A stretch of DNA of 64,000 nt from Bacilli bacterium (GTDB taxonomy: Bacteria; Bacillota_I; Bacilli_A; RFN20; CAG-826), in the NCBI GenBank assembly GCA_017940265.1, contig JAGAYY010000022.1, positions 6,946 to 70,945 of the forward strand. The letters are read 5' to 3'. The position numbers and the translations under genes were made by a program. This document shows, piece after piece, positions 19,539 to 29,921 of this stretch. How positions within the stretch are numbered: position 1 is the stretch's first letter; every line of letters starts with the position of its first letter. The notes under the pieces are model-generated. The model did not search any database. It was not told where the DNA came from and saw nothing but the letters and a program-made list of their open reading frames with translations.

Positions 19539-22535
19539 ATGGGTTTTATTAAAAAATTGCTAAAGCCTCGCGTTATTGTCTGGGCAGCGACCACATTAGT
19601 ACTTACTGCTGTTCTCATTGTCGCAGACTATATGGCGATGAACAAATACGTCAAGTTAATCGAAGCGACTGACTTAGGTGGTGATAAACCAATCTTAGAT
19701 CCAAATCAAAAAGGTAATGCTTTTACCCCTGATTTTGCTTCTAAAGATGCTGCATTCAATAATGGTAATGAAGTGGCTAAACAAATTTGTGAAGAAGGTA
19801 TGATTCTTCTCAAAAATGATAACAACGCTTTACCACTCGCCAAAGGCGCTAAAGTTACAGTCTTTGGTAGAAACTCAATTGATTTAGTTTATGGTGGTTC
19901 AGGCTCCGCCGCTCCAGGTAAGAGTTCAAATCCTGCTTACCAAAAGAAATATGGTTGGAGAAAAACCATCAATGACTCATTAAAAGAAGCTGGCTTCTCT
20001 ATTAACCCTGAAATGGAGAAATTTTACAGCAAGCAAAAAGTTCGTGATCCTGAACCAGGTTTAGAAGATGCTTCTGGTCAACAAAAAGCCGTTGCAACTT
20101 TATTTCCAGGTGAAGCTTCATACGATAAGTACACAGATCCTGTAAAGCAATCTTATGGTCAATATGGTGACGCAGCGCTTATTGTTGTTTCTCGTATCGC
20201 TGGTGAAGGTTGGGACCTCCCAAGACAAGCCTACGATAGCGATAGCCGTCACTATCTTGAATTAGATAATGCTGAAAGACAATTAATCAAAGAAGTTGCC
20301 GCTTCTGGTAAATTCAAAAAGATTATTCTCTTACTTAACGGTTCTAACTATGTCGATTTAGGTTTCTTATATGAAAGAACCAACTCCGCCGAATACAATG
20401 AATTCGGTAAATACATCGACGCCGTTATCAATATCGGTAGCCCAGGCGCTAACGGTATTATGGCCTTAGGCGGAATCCTTAATGGTACAGTTAATCCATC
20501 TGGTCATACAGTTGATACTGTTTACACAGCCTATCAAAATGACCCAACATGGCAAAACTTCGGTGGTAATAAGTCTTATTTAACCCCAAATGGTTCAGAT
20601 AACTACACAAGAAACGGTAGTTCTTCCGATTACTATCTTGTCGAATATGAAGAAAACATCTATCTCGGCTATAGATATTATGAAACACGTGGTAAAGTCG
20701 AAGGTGAAGATTGGTACAACGCTAACGTTGTTTATCCATTCGGTTATGGCTTAAGCTATACAACATTCACTCAAGAAATTACTAACGTTTCTGCTTTAGA
20801 AGGTGAAGCCTTAGAATATGGCAAGACCTTCAAAGTCCAAATCGAAGTCAAGAACACAGGCGATGCCGCTGGTAAGCAAGTTGTTCAACTCTATGCTTCC
20901 GCTCCATATACCGCCGGTGGTATTGAAAAAGCTCACAAAGTCTTAGTCGGCTTTGCGAAAACAAAAGAATTAAAGAAGAACGAAACAGATACAGTTGAAA
21001 TCGAAGTTAATCCATATGATTTCGCTAGTTTCGATTCTCAAGACAAAAACAGTAATGGCTTTAAAGGCTATGAATTAGAAAAAGGCGAATATACCTTCTA
21101 TGCAGGTACAGACGCTCATAATTCATTCGGTGAATTCAAAAAGAACTTAGCCGCTGATGTGCAAATTGATAAAGATCCAGTTACTGGTTATAAGGTTGAA
21201 CCATTATTCCCAGAATTAACAGCACATATGAATCCAGCTGAAAGCTTATCCAGAAATAACTTCGCTGGTACATTCCCAAAAGTTATTACTGATGCTGAAC
21301 GCGCTCTCGATGAAGAAACATTCGCTAAATTAAAATCTCAAGAATCTACAAACGATGAGACGTATGACAAAGTCCCAACAATGGGTGCTGAAGTCAAATA
21401 TACCCTCAGAGATTTAGCGGGCAAGAAATACAATGACCCAATGTGGGATGAATTCCTCGATCAATTCACATTCGATGAAATGCTTATGTTATTCAACGAT
21501 GGTTGTTATTCCACAGCCTCTATTACTCGTAAGATGAAAGTCGTTAACGAAGAAACAGGCGAAGAAGAAGAAAAGAACGTTGTTATCGTTCCAAAGACAA
21601 CCTCTGCTGATGGTCCAACTGGTATCGTTGGCTTCTTAGGCGATCCAAGTATTTATGGTTGCTGCTACTATCAATCAGAATGCTTATTAGCCCAAACATA
21701 CAACGTTGAATTAGCCGACTTACAAGCTAAGGCTATCGGTAACGAATGTTTAATCGGTAACGAAGCCGGTGGTGGTCTTGCCTACCCAGGCTGGTACGCT
21801 CCAGGTGTCAACTTACACCGTTCTCCATTCTCTGGCCGTAATACTGAATACTACTCCGAAGATCCATTCTTAAATGGTAGATTCGCTGGTAGAGTCATTA
21901 AAGGCGTCGCAGAAAAAGGTGTCTACGCTAACGTTAAACACTTCGCGGTCAACGACCAAGAAACACACAGATCCACAAAAGGTATTGCTACTTGGGTAGA
22001 TGAACAAGCAATGCGTGAACTCTATCTCAAAGCATTCGAAATGGCTGTTAAAGAAGGTGAAGCCCATGGCTTAATGACTTCCTTCAACCGTATCGGTACT
22101 GAATGGGCTGGTGGTTCCTATCGCTTATGCACAACCGTCCTTAGAAAAGAATGGGGCTTCCAAGGTTCTGTCATTTGTGACTTCCATACAGACTTCTATA
22201 TGGATAGTAAGCAAATGCTCTACGCTGGTGGTGACTTAAACCTCTGTGCTGATAAGGAAATTAAATTACAAACAAGTGGTAGATATAGTACTCCTTATGT
22301 CAAGGCTACTAACGCTAAAGACGCTAACTTAGTGAGAAGAAGTGCTCATAACAACTTATTTGCATTAGCTAACTCCTGCGCACTTAAAGTTGACGTCATT
22401 CGTTATGAAATGGCATGGTGGAAAGTCACATTCCGCGTTGTCGAAATCGCAATTCCTGTCGCTTTAGCAGGTTGGGGCTTCGCGGTTATCTTCACTGCTT
22501 TACGTAAGAAAGAAAAAGCCGCTGCTGCGGAATAG
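19539..22535 (+). CDS. membrane-anchored GH3 glycosidase (domain-permuted), paralog 3 with N- and C-terminal TM segments
   Basis: 998 aa; N-terminal signal anchor; GH3 motifs (LLKNDNNALPL, HRSPFSGRNTEYYSEDPFLNG, KHFAVNDQETHR, GFQGSVICDF); C-terminal TM plus RKKEKAAAAE. Confidence 0.75.
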   Translation: MGFIKKLLKPRVIVWAATTLVLTAVLIVADYMAMNKYVKLIEATDLGGDKPILDPNQKGNAFTPDFASKDAAFNNGNEVAKQICEEGMILLKNDNNALPLAKGAKVTVFGRNSIDLVYGGSGSAAPGKSSNPAYQKKYGWRKTINDSLKEAGFSINPEMEKFYSKQKVRDPEPGLEDASGQQKAVATLFPGEASYDKYTDPVKQSYGQYGDAALIVVSRIAGEGWDLPRQAYDSDSRHYLELDNAERQLIKEVAASGKFKKIILLLNGSNYVDLGFLYERTNSAEYNEFGKYIDAVINIGSPGANGIMALGGILNGTVNPSGHTVDTVYTAYQNDPTWQNFGGNKSYLTPNGSDNYTRNGSSSDYYLVEYEENIYLGYRYYETRGKVEGEDWYNANVVYPFGYGLSYTTFTQEITNVSALEGEALEYGKTFKVQIEVKNTGDAAGKQVVQLYASAPYTAGGIEKAHKVLVGFAKTKELKKNETDTVEIEVNPYDFASFDSQDKNSNGFKGYELEKGEYTFYAGTDAHNSFGEFKKNLAADVQIDKDPVTGYKVEPLFPELTAHMNPAESLSRNNFAGTFPKVITDAERALDEETFAKLKSQESTNDETYDKVPTMGAEVKYTLRDLAGKKYNDPMWDEFLDQFTFDEMLMLFNDGCYSTASITRKMKVVNEETGEEEEKNVVIVPKTTSADGPTGIVGFLGDPSIYGCCYYQSECLLAQTYNVELADLQAKAIGNECLIGNEAGGGLAYPGWYAPGVNLHRSPFSGRNTEYYSEDPFLNGRFAGRVIKGVAEKGVYANVKHFAVNDQETHRSTKGIATWVDEQAMRELYLKAFEMAVKEGEAHGLMTSFNRIGTEWAGGSYRLCTTVLRKEWGFQGSVICDFHTDFYMDSKQMLYAGGDLNLCADKEIKLQTSGRYSTPYVKATNAKDANLVRRSAHNNLFALANSCALKVDVIRYEMAWWKVTFRVVEIAIPVALAGWGFAVIFTALRKKEKAAAAE

Positions 22536-22546
22536 CTAAAACTAAA

Positions 22547-22578
22547 CTAAAAAATGGATCTCACTGAGGTCCATTTTT
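22547..22578. terminator. bidirectional terminator between GH3 paralog 3 (+) and lgt (-)
   Basis: ATGGATCTC-act-GAGGTCCAT hairpin flanked by A-run upstream and T-run downstream. Confidence 0.65.
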
Positions 22579-22593
22579 ATTATGCTTTTTTAT

Positions 22594-23418
22594 CTATTCA
22601 GTAATGGCTTGTTTCTTCTCTTGAATCTTTTTATCAAAATAACGATATAAGAAGAAGAATGCGATACCACCGATAACCATTAAGATTGACCAGAACTGAG
22701 AAGGAGTAAGACCGGGGATGAACTGTCCTCTATCATCGTCTCTCACAAATTCAATTAAGAATCTCCAGATGCCATATCCGATTAAATAAACGGTCATATT
22801 GTATTTAAATTTAAATTTAAAGTATAAGAGAATCATCACTGCACTTATTAAAAATAAGAAAATGGCCTCAAATAACTGCGTAGGGACGTGTTTAACGTGT
22901 TCCCCAGGGAATTGTACCCCAAACCATAAATCGGTCTCTATACCGCCACAACAGCCCGCACAGAAGCAGCCTAATCTACCGAAGGCATGGGCTAATGTAA
23001 TTGAGATAGGGACAAACATCAATAATTCCCATACACCTTTATTCATATCTGATTTAAAGATGTTGTTTTCTTTTAATCTTGGATTAATCGCATAGACATA
23101 GATGAAATAGATACCTAAGTAAGCAATAACGCCCCCTAATAGGCCGCCTAAGAATGTCATCTTGCCAGTAATCTTAAAGCCTTCACTTGGATTAGCAATG
23201 AAATCATAAATAGATTGAGTGAATACTGCGAATAATAAACCTAATGAGATCGCAAATAATCCAATGATTAAAATAGTGTCTCTCGCACTAGAGGAATAAC
23301 CACTTTTTCTCATCGCGATATAGGTAAAGACAAAACAAGCGATTAAGCCCACTAAAAAGCAAATCGCATACATATCGATTTCGATACCAAAGATATTAAA
23401 AAGTGGCTCAGGAATCAT
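22594..23418 (-). CDS. lgt: prolipoprotein diacylglyceryl transferase
   Basis: 274 aa; 7 predicted TMs; Cys-rich signature GRLGCFCAGCCGG resembling the Lgt signature region; size typical of Lgt. Confidence 0.6.
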   Translation of the reverse strand: MIPEPLFNIFGIEIDMYAICFLVGLIACFVFTYIAMRKSGYSSSARDTILIIGLFAISLGLLFAVFTQSIYDFIANPSEGFKITGKMTFLGGLLGGVIAYLGIYFIYVYAINPRLKENNIFKSDMNKGVWELLMFVPISITLAHAFGRLGCFCAGCCGGIETDLWFGVQFPGEHVKHVPTQLFEAIFLFLISAVMILLYFKFKFKYNMTVYLIGYGIWRFLIEFVRDDDRGQFIPGLTPSQFWSILMVIGGIAFFFLYRYFDKKIQEKKQAITE

Positions 23419-24184
23419 ATTTATGTCTCTCCATATTTATTAAGGTAACAATAATATGGCCAGCAGACAATAGCCCAAAAACAATTGTTAAAATCCAGAA
23501 GACGATATCCCATGGATCACCAAAGGCAAAACCAAATTGAGTGAACATACCACCGAAATTAAATAAAGCATGCAAAATTACACAATACCAAACACTACCC
23601 ATCTTAATTTGAATAACTGCAAACATGCAGCCGATTAAGAAAGTATATGTCATTTGTAATAAAACACCCTCAATAGTGGCACCTATAAATAAATTGAAGA
23701 GATGGAAGGCCGCGAATATCGCAGAAGAAATAAGAACAGAAAAGACATAAGGAAACTTAGTTCTTCTCATATATGCAAAGACAAGGTTTAATAAAACGCC
23801 TCTAAAGACTAGTTCTTCCACAAGCGCGATAGAAATAACGTGTATAGCGTATAAAGCGATATAACCAGACATGGAGACGGTAACATTGCCTGAAAAGACT
23901 CCAAACCATGGGAAATTAACAAGACATGTAATTAAACATGGTAAGCACCATAATAATTTCTTTTTAGTGGTTCTATTTAAGAATAAATATTGCCTATCCC
24001 CCATGATATAGATGAGCCAAATAAAAAGCGCACCGATGGACAATTGATAGATAGTTCTACCAAGCATTGAATTAACAATAGGATCAGTGGTGAGGTATTT
24101 GTCTTGCACTTCAAACAACACGAAAGTTGTTACCGCTAGCGCGACTAACGCTATGGTTATGAGATATTTAGAATATTTATTCAT
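23408..24184 (-). CDS. CPBP-family (CAAX/Abi) intramembrane metalloprotease
   Basis: 258 aa polytopic; motifs EELVFRG, FAAFH, HALFN. Confidence 0.8.
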   Translation of the reverse strand: MNKYSKYLITIALVALAVTTFVLFEVQDKYLTTDPIVNSMLGRTIYQLSIGALFIWLIYIMGDRQYLFLNRTTKKKLLWCLPCLITCLVNFPWFGVFSGNVTVSMSGYIALYAIHVISIALVEELVFRGVLLNLVFAYMRRTKFPYVFSVLISSAIFAAFHLFNLFIGATIEGVLLQMTYTFLIGCMFAVIQIKMGSVWYCVILHALFNFGGMFTQFGFAFGDPWDIVFWILTIVFGLLSAGHIIVTLINMERHKYDS

Positions 24185-25865
24185 ATTGTTCCGTTAATTT
24201 TTCAGTTGGATCGTCACCAGTTGGGTTAACAATGGAATAACCAATGTTAACTAAGTGGTCAGCCACTCTTTCTAATTCGCTAACTAAAGTGGTGTAGAAT
24301 GGGGAATTTTCCACGTGACATGTTTTATTTTGAATACGCTCATAGTGAGCGGTACTTAAGGTATTCTTTAAATTATCTGTTTGATCTTCTAAATCATGTA
24401 ACTTCTTTAGGCTATCACTGCTCTTGTCATGGAAGATAACAAATGTTAATTCAAACATCTGACAAATAACATCAAACATGCTATCGAATTCTTTTTTAGC
24501 GACGTCAGAGAACTTTAAGTCATTACTAACCATCTTTAATGATGATTCATAGAAGTTATAAGCATGGTCACCAATACGTTCAATATCGTTAACAACGTGG
24601 AAATAACTACCTAATGTCTTTTCATCTTTTAATGAAACATTATGTGTTAAGTTGATTAAGAACTGTGTAATAGCGTTATTGATATAGTCAATCTTATCTT
24701 CAGTTTCGATAAGTTCTTTATCTTGCGAATTATCTTGCGTAAGAATACGGTTATAACCAAGTTTTAAGTTGTCATAAGAAAGATGCATCATATTAATGAT
24801 TTCTCTTTTGACCTGCATCATAGCGACGGTTGGTGTATCTAATAAGTGGTTATCAATATACTTGAGAGATTGTTTCATCTTCTCTTGTTCTTTATCTTTA
24901 ACTAATTTAAAGGATAATTTCTCTAATGGTTTTACCAACGGTAAAGCCGCGAGCATAAAGATGACGTTATATAAAATATGGAATACTGCGATCGCTAGTT
25001 CTGGGCCACCGTCTTTGCTGAAGTCAAAAACTGTTTGGAATCCGGTGGAGATATAGCTACCTAATGGCCAGCAAATTGCTAAGGCTACTAAAGCAGTCAA
25101 TATACGAATTATTAAAACAATTATGCCAGTGCGTTTAACATTAACATTACCACCTATCGTGGCAAGTAAAAGAGTGAATACGGTACCGATTGTTGCGCCT
25201 AAAACAAGGAATATAGCTTGTTCGAAGCCAATAACGGAACCAGTAAGACTAACAACGATACTGACAGAGGCAGAACTGGACTGTACAAGAATAGTAACTA
25301 CCGCACCAATCAAAACTAACAACAGTGGGAAGTTAACCGCACTAAAGAAGTCTTGAACCATTTTAACCAATTGAGGGTTACCAGTTTCTTCACTTAAGAC
25401 ACCACTCATGGTGTTCAAACCAAAGAATAATAAGCCAAGACCTGCTAAAATTTCACCGATGTTTCTAACATGCTCTTTTTTAAAGAACATTAAGATAACG
25501 CCGATAGCGGCAACAACCACAAAGTATTTAGCAACCTCAACTGAAGATAAAGCAGCAAGTAAACCAGTGATAGTGGTGCCCACATAAGCACCTAGGATTA
25601 TATTCACACCTTGGAAAACTGTCATTGTTCCAGCGGCAATAAAACCAATGGCCATAACGCCAGTAGCGGCACTGCTTTGCACCAACATGGTCACAGTGGT
25701 ACCAATACCAAAGCAAGCAAATCTATTGTTTCTAATCTTCTTTAATAACTTCTTTAAACTTGGTCCTGTTGATTTCTTTAAACCAGAGGACATCATGTTC
25801 ATGCCAACGATAAATACCGCGGCGCCTACTAATAATGTAATAATACTTAATGCTAAATCATTCAT
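24177..25865 (-). CDS. Na+/phosphate cotransporter (NptA-type) with C-terminal PhoU-like domain
   Basis: 562 aa; duplicated Na/Pi cotransporter repeats (GTTVTMLVQSSAATG, VQSSSASVSIVVSL) plus a cytoplasmic C-terminal domain. Confidence 0.75.
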   Translation of the reverse strand: MNDLALSIITLLVGAAVFIVGMNMMSSGLKKSTGPSLKKLLKKIRNNRFACFGIGTTVTMLVQSSAATGVMAIGFIAAGTMTVFQGVNIILGAYVGTTITGLLAALSSVEVAKYFVVVAAIGVILMFFKKEHVRNIGEILAGLGLLFFGLNTMSGVLSEETGNPQLVKMVQDFFSAVNFPLLLVLIGAVVTILVQSSSASVSIVVSLTGSVIGFEQAIFLVLGATIGTVFTLLLATIGGNVNVKRTGIIVLIIRILTALVALAICWPLGSYISTGFQTVFDFSKDGGPELAIAVFHILYNVIFMLAALPLVKPLEKLSFKLVKDKEQEKMKQSLKYIDNHLLDTPTVAMMQVKREIINMMHLSYDNLKLGYNRILTQDNSQDKELIETEDKIDYINNAITQFLINLTHNVSLKDEKTLGSYFHVVNDIERIGDHAYNFYESSLKMVSNDLKFSDVAKKEFDSMFDVICQMFELTFVIFHDKSSDSLKKLHDLEDQTDNLKNTLSTAHYERIQNKTCHVENSPFYTTLVSELERVADHLVNIGYSIVNPTGDDPTEKLTEQYE

Positions 25866-25918
25866 ACGCTAATTATTTAATAACATTCATTGATTATATT
25901 CAATAATTGATAACAACA

Positions 25919-25933
25919 TATCATCATGATATC
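25919..25933. promoter_or_regulatory. palindrome TATCATcATGATA upstream of the TA operon (candidate antitoxin operator)
   Basis: Near-perfect inverted repeat 35-50 nt upstream of the antitoxin start. Confidence 0.3.
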
Positions 25934-25969
25934 ATTATAACGACAAGATAACGATATGGAGGTACTACT

Positions 25970-26242
25970 ATGGAAATTATTCCTTCTGCAGAAATTAGAC
26001 TGAATTACAATGGCGTTGTGGAAAAATGTAAAGAATCAGGCGAACCAGTCTACTTAACAAGAAATGGTCAAGGTGAATTGGTAGTCATGGACATTGCTTC
26101 TTTTGAGAAAAAGCAACAAGAGTTAAAAGCTCAACAATTAGTCTTAGAAGCTTTAGCGGATGAATTGTTTGGTTCTAAAACATATTCAAATGAAGAAGTT
26201 TTTTCTGACCTCGATAAAATGCTTAGCGAGGCTAAAAAATGA
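25970..26242 (+). CDS. type II antitoxin, Phd/YefM-like
   Basis: 90 aa; PVYLTRNGQGELVVMDIASFE pattern; 4-nt ATGA overlap with the downstream toxin gene. Confidence 0.65.
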   Translation: MEIIPSAEIRLNYNGVVEKCKESGEPVYLTRNGQGELVVMDIASFEKKQQELKAQQLVLEALADELFGSKTYSNEEVFSDLDKMLSEAKK

Positions 26243-26550
26243 ATAACTACAACATAGAATGGAGTAATAAGGCAAGAGAAGACTTGTTTAATCATTTTTC
26301 TTTCCTTCTAAATGTATCATATGAAGCTGCTTCAAATTTTGTAACGTTGATGAAAGAGGAAATTGTTTCTTTATCACAACTGCCTCAAAGATATCCTATT
26401 TTTGAAATGAACAATATAATATCCACCATAGAATTTAGAAAAATGGTTGTTGATAAACGCTACATTGTCATTTATGCAGTCTACAAAACCTCGGTGAAAA
26501 TATATCGAATATTGGATTCTCGCAAAAAATTCGAAACACTAGTGGCCTAA
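26239..26550 (+). CDS. type II toxin, RelE/ParE family
   Basis: 103 aa; W..A..DL pattern at N-terminus and YRILDSRK C-terminal pattern typical of ParE/RelE. Confidence 0.6.
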   Translation: MNNYNIEWSNKAREDLFNHFSFLLNVSYEAASNFVTLMKEEIVSLSQLPQRYPIFEMNNIISTIEFRKMVVDKRYIVIYAVYKTSVKIYRILDSRKKFETLVA

Positions 26551-26641
26551 GAAATGATTAGGCGATAAACAATTCTTTTCTCTTTGTTTCAACAAAGAAT
26601 ATAAGTATAATTACTACGGAATTAAAAAGGAGAAAACTCAC

Positions 26642-27388
26642 ATGCATAAATTAGTATTAATCAGACATGGTGAATCCGAATGGAACAAACTCAACCTCTT
26701 CACAGGTTGGACCGATGTCGAATTAAGCGAAAAAGGTGTTGAAGAAGCTCACCGTGCTGGCAGAACTTTAAAAGAAAAGGGTTATGACTTTGATGTCGTT
26801 CATACCTCTTTATTAAAGAGAGCTATTCACACAATGAACAATGTCTTATTTGAATTAGACAGAGAATGGTTACCAGTTTACAAATCATGGAGATTAAATG
26901 AACGTCACTACGGCGCTCTTCAAGGTTTAAACAAAGCGGAAACCGCCGCTAAATATGGTGAAGAACAAGTTAAGATTTGGAGAAGAAGCTATGATTGCCC
27001 ACCTCCAGCTCTTGACAAAGATGATCCACGTAACCCAGCTTTACAAGCTCAATTCAGAGATGTTGATCCAAAAGATTTACCGTTAAATGAATCATTAGAA
27101 TTAACAGTTAAAAGAGCGGTTCCATATTTTGAAGAAGTTATCAAACCAGAAATGGAAGCTGGTAAGAGAGTCCTTATTGTTGCCCATGGTAACTCTTTAA
27201 GAGCTTTAGTTAAATACTTCGACAATATGGCGGATTCTGAAATCGTTGGTGTTAACATCCCAACAGGTGTCCCACTAGTGTATGAATTTGATGACAATAT
27301 GAAAGCCATCAACCATTACTACTTAATGGACGAAGAAGAACTCAAAAAACAAATGGAAGCTGTTGCTAACCAAGGCAAAGCAAAATAG
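26642..27388 (+). CDS. gpmA: 2,3-bisphosphoglycerate-dependent phosphoglycerate mutase
   Basis: 248 aa; [29 protein letters not shown] and RHYG motifs. Confidence 0.9.
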   Translation: MHKLVLIRHGESEWNKLNLFTGWTDVELSEKGVEEAHRAGRTLKEKGYDFDVVHTSLLKRAIHTMNNVLFELDREWLPVYKSWRLNERHYGALQGLNKAETAAKYGEEQVKIWRRSYDCPPPALDKDDPRNPALQAQFRDVDPKDLPLNESLELTVKRAVPYFEEVIKPEMEAGKRVLIVAHGNSLRALVKYFDNMADSEIVGVNIPTGVPLVYEFDDNMKAINHYYLMDEEELKKQMEAVANQGKAK

Positions 27389-27408
27389 TTAGAAATAACC
27401 GAAAAAAA

Positions 27409-27440
27409 CGCCACGCTAGTTCGTGGCTTTTTTGTTTTTT
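27409..27440 (+). terminator. rho-independent terminator after gpmA
   Basis: GCCACGctagttCGTGGC followed by TTTTTTGTTTTTT. Confidence 0.75.
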
Positions 27441-27567
27441 GACAAATTAGAAATAAACAAAACATTATTTTTGTAATAAAAAAGTTAAAAAGTTTTGAAT
27501 ATATGAGGAAAAAATGTTGATTATTTGCTTTTTTTAACTAAAATCTCCTTGAAAGGAAATTCAGAGT

Positions 27568-28368
27568 ATGAATACAAAAACAAAAACAATTTTAGCTGGC
27601 GTAATCGCAACTATTTCGCTTTGTATGTCAGCAAAGGCAGTTACAGACAAACATTTTAACGGGGTTGATGCTGCTGGATATAATAGCCCTGCAACTTTAT
27701 GGCCACAAGACTATAACGATTTTATTAACGAAGATTATTCTCCTGTTAAGTATCACACATTCACTAGCCCATCATATAGAGTTGGCGTGATGGGGCATAG
27801 AAGAGTAGTTAGATTTGGAGGAAACTTTAAGTTAAAGGTTGTCGAAGTTGAAAAGTATTGTGACTACAAGAGTGTTGGTAGTCTATCATCTTTCGTTGTT
27901 CAAACAACCACAACAAGCAGTCTTACTAAAGAAGTGAGTGTTTCGACTTCGATGGCAGTTTCTTTTACTCAACTAGTCAAAGCATCGGTTACATTTGAAA
28001 GCATGGCAAGCGTAGGTATTGAAAATTCAATGACTGAACAACTCACAAACACACTTTCAGTTTCTTATTGCAGATCGTTGACTTCAACTCGCACAATCGA
28101 TGAAACACTGAATATGAACAATCTACTTGATGGTAAAAGCCTTTTTAGATATAGCAGAGTAGCTTTAGTTTTAGATGTAGAAGTATTAGAGAGATGGTCT
28201 GAAGAGAATCAATGGTTTAGGGGCTGGGTTCCATTTGGTGTAGATCGTAATCCATTTTATGCTAGATATTACATAAGCGAAGCGGATATGATTGTATATA
28301 GCGATGGCACTTTTGGTGACAAAGTTATTGGAGAATTCAGACTAAATGAAAATATTAAGAGCTATTAA
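27568..28368 (+). CDS. secreted Ser/Thr-rich beta-type protein, candidate aerolysin/ETX-MTX2-like pore-forming toxin or bacteriocin-like effector
   Basis: 266 aa. Signal peptide (MNTKTKTILAGVIATISLCMSAKA). Central Ser/Thr-rich segment (SLSSFVVQTTTTSSLTKEVSVSTSMAVSFTQLVKASVTFESMASVGIENSM) resembles beta-PFT insertion hairpins. AT-rich, and first gene of a four-gene cassette. Confidence 0.35.
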   Translation: MNTKTKTILAGVIATISLCMSAKAVTDKHFNGVDAAGYNSPATLWPQDYNDFINEDYSPVKYHTFTSPSYRVGVMGHRRVVRFGGNFKLKVVEVEKYCDYKSVGSLSSFVVQTTTTSSLTKEVSVSTSMAVSFTQLVKASVTFESMASVGIENSMTEQLTNTLSVSYCRSLTSTRTIDETLNMNNLLDGKSLFRYSRVALVLDVEVLERWSEENQWFRGWVPFGVDRNPFYARYYISEADMIVYSDGTFGDKVIGEFRLNENIKSY

Positions 28369-29296
28369 CAAAATCAAAAACTATGTATTTGAGTTTTTAG
28401 TAGCCTTTGCGTGTTTCTTCTCATTATATTTACCGTTTTCAACCTTTACTCCTTATAGAAAAGCATTCAATAAGTTGAGTGATGATTATATTTACTCGTT
28501 TAACGTTGAATCGTCTCTTTTTGAAAACGCTAAAGATATAGCTTTATATCATTATGAATATGAGGAAGAGGGAACAACGCTAATTCTAAATAAAAAAGGT
28601 CTAAAAATGGGCGCACCGCTTATAGCGGACGCCCCTTTAGGCATTTATTTGTTTGATATAAATCAAAGTATTAATTTCGAATCCAATGTCAAGGTTTCAG
28701 TAAAAAGCAATAATGCCTTACCACAACAAAAGATAAAAACTGACTTTGGTGAAATTGCGCTAGATATCGATTATATATTGCTTGATGAAACTATAGATAG
28801 CCATTATGAATGCGAATACAAGTTTTGCCCACATAATGAAGCTCCTGCTGTTAGAGACGACATGACACTCCGTGAATCATTTTCTGCGACAGGCAAATCA
28901 ATCAAAAATAGCCTACTTTCGTCAAGTAACAACATGGGTGTGATTTTGATTTTAATTGCAACCGTCCCTGCAACCATTATGCTTTTTGCTATGTTCTTTT
29001 ATTACACAATGCAAATTGAAAAAGAGAGTAAAAGAATAATAATTGATTACGTTTTTTATAAGTCAAAGAAAAAACTTACCTTCCAAGTTTTCTTGAAATA
29101 TTTCGGTAGGTCGGGCGTATTTGTTATTGCTTCAGCCATCATTAATTACTTTATATTTGTCCAAGTTGGTTTAGAACTACTGTTCGTACCACTAGTTATC
29201 TTCTTTGTAATTGATTCAATATATTTGTTTGCTGTTACAAACGCTAATGTTAAACGAATTTTGAAAGAAGGAGTTGATATTAAATATGTTAATTAA
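28346..29296 (+). CDS. FtsX-like ABC permease half (MacB/LolC-type topology)
   Basis: 316 aa with TM1, an extracytoplasmic domain of about 160 aa, then 3 C-terminal TMs; overlaps upstream and downstream genes. Confidence 0.55.
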   Translation: MKILRAINKIKNYVFEFLVAFACFFSLYLPFSTFTPYRKAFNKLSDDYIYSFNVESSLFENAKDIALYHYEYEEEGTTLILNKKGLKMGAPLIADAPLGIYLFDINQSINFESNVKVSVKSNNALPQQKIKTDFGEIALDIDYILLDETIDSHYECEYKFCPHNEAPAVRDDMTLRESFSATGKSIKNSLLSSSNNMGVILILIATVPATIMLFAMFFYYTMQIEKESKRIIIDYVFYKSKKKLTFQVFLKYFGRSGVFVIASAIINYFIFVQVGLELLFVPLVIFFVIDSIYLFAVTNANVKRILKEGVDIKYVN

Positions 29297-29921
29297 GTTA
29301 AAAATTAATGAAAAATCATTCCCAAACAAGACTATTTTTAAAGACACTTCGTTAGAAATAAACGAAAAAGATTTTGTAGTCATCTATGGTGAATCGGGCA
29401 TTGGCAAAAGCACATTGTTAAATATGATTGGCTTAATCAATGATTTTGATGGTGAATATTATTTTAACGATATTTTGATTGAAAAAAAGAATAGAGAACA
29501 AACACGTATTAATAATTTTTCATATTTATTCCAAGATCCCTATCTAATTCCATATCTTAGTGTTTATGACAATATCGTCCTTCCTCTAAAAAATATGAAG
29601 GCAGATGTTGATAAAGAAGAAATTGTGGGAATATGTAAGAGATTAAAAATTGATGAGCTTATTGAAAGAAAGCCTAACAAATTAAGTGGTGGTGAGGCTA
29701 TCCGCGTTTCTATAGCAAGGTCGATTGCTGCTAATAAAAGAATAATTGTTGTGGATGAACCAACAGGTAATCTAGATTCAGATAATGCTGAAAGTGTAAT
29801 GAATATATTGAAGGAAGAAAATAGCAAAGGAAAAACCATAATTATGGTTTCTCATAGCAAAGAGTTTGAAAAGTTCTTCAATAGGATCATTAAAATAGAG
29901 AACAAGAAGATTATATGCTAA
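29286..29921 (+). CDS. ABC transporter ATP-binding protein (MacB/LolD-like)
   Basis: Walker A GESGIGKST, signature LSGGE, Walker B IIVVDEPT, H-loop SHS; ATG at 29286 has RBS GAAGGAG (listed ORF starts at a TTG at 29274). Confidence 0.8.
   Translation: MLIKLKINEKSFPNKTIFKDTSLEINEKDFVVIYGESGIGKSTLLNMIGLINDFDGEYYFNDILIEKKNREQTRINNFSYLFQDPYLIPYLSVYDNIVLPLKNMKADVDKEEIVGICKRLKIDELIERKPNKLSGGEAIRVSIARSIAANKRIIVVDEPTGNLDSDNAESVMNILKEENSKGKTIIMVSHSKEFEKFFNRIIKIENKKIIC

Noticed and set aside
29274-29285. Upstream extended starts of the ABC ATPase (29274), birA (40511) and tnpB (45620) in the ORF track
   Set aside because: These extensions begin at TTG codons and run through a terminator or lack an RBS. 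Internal ATG starts (29286, 40529, 45588-45590) fit the RBS positions and protein family N-termini better
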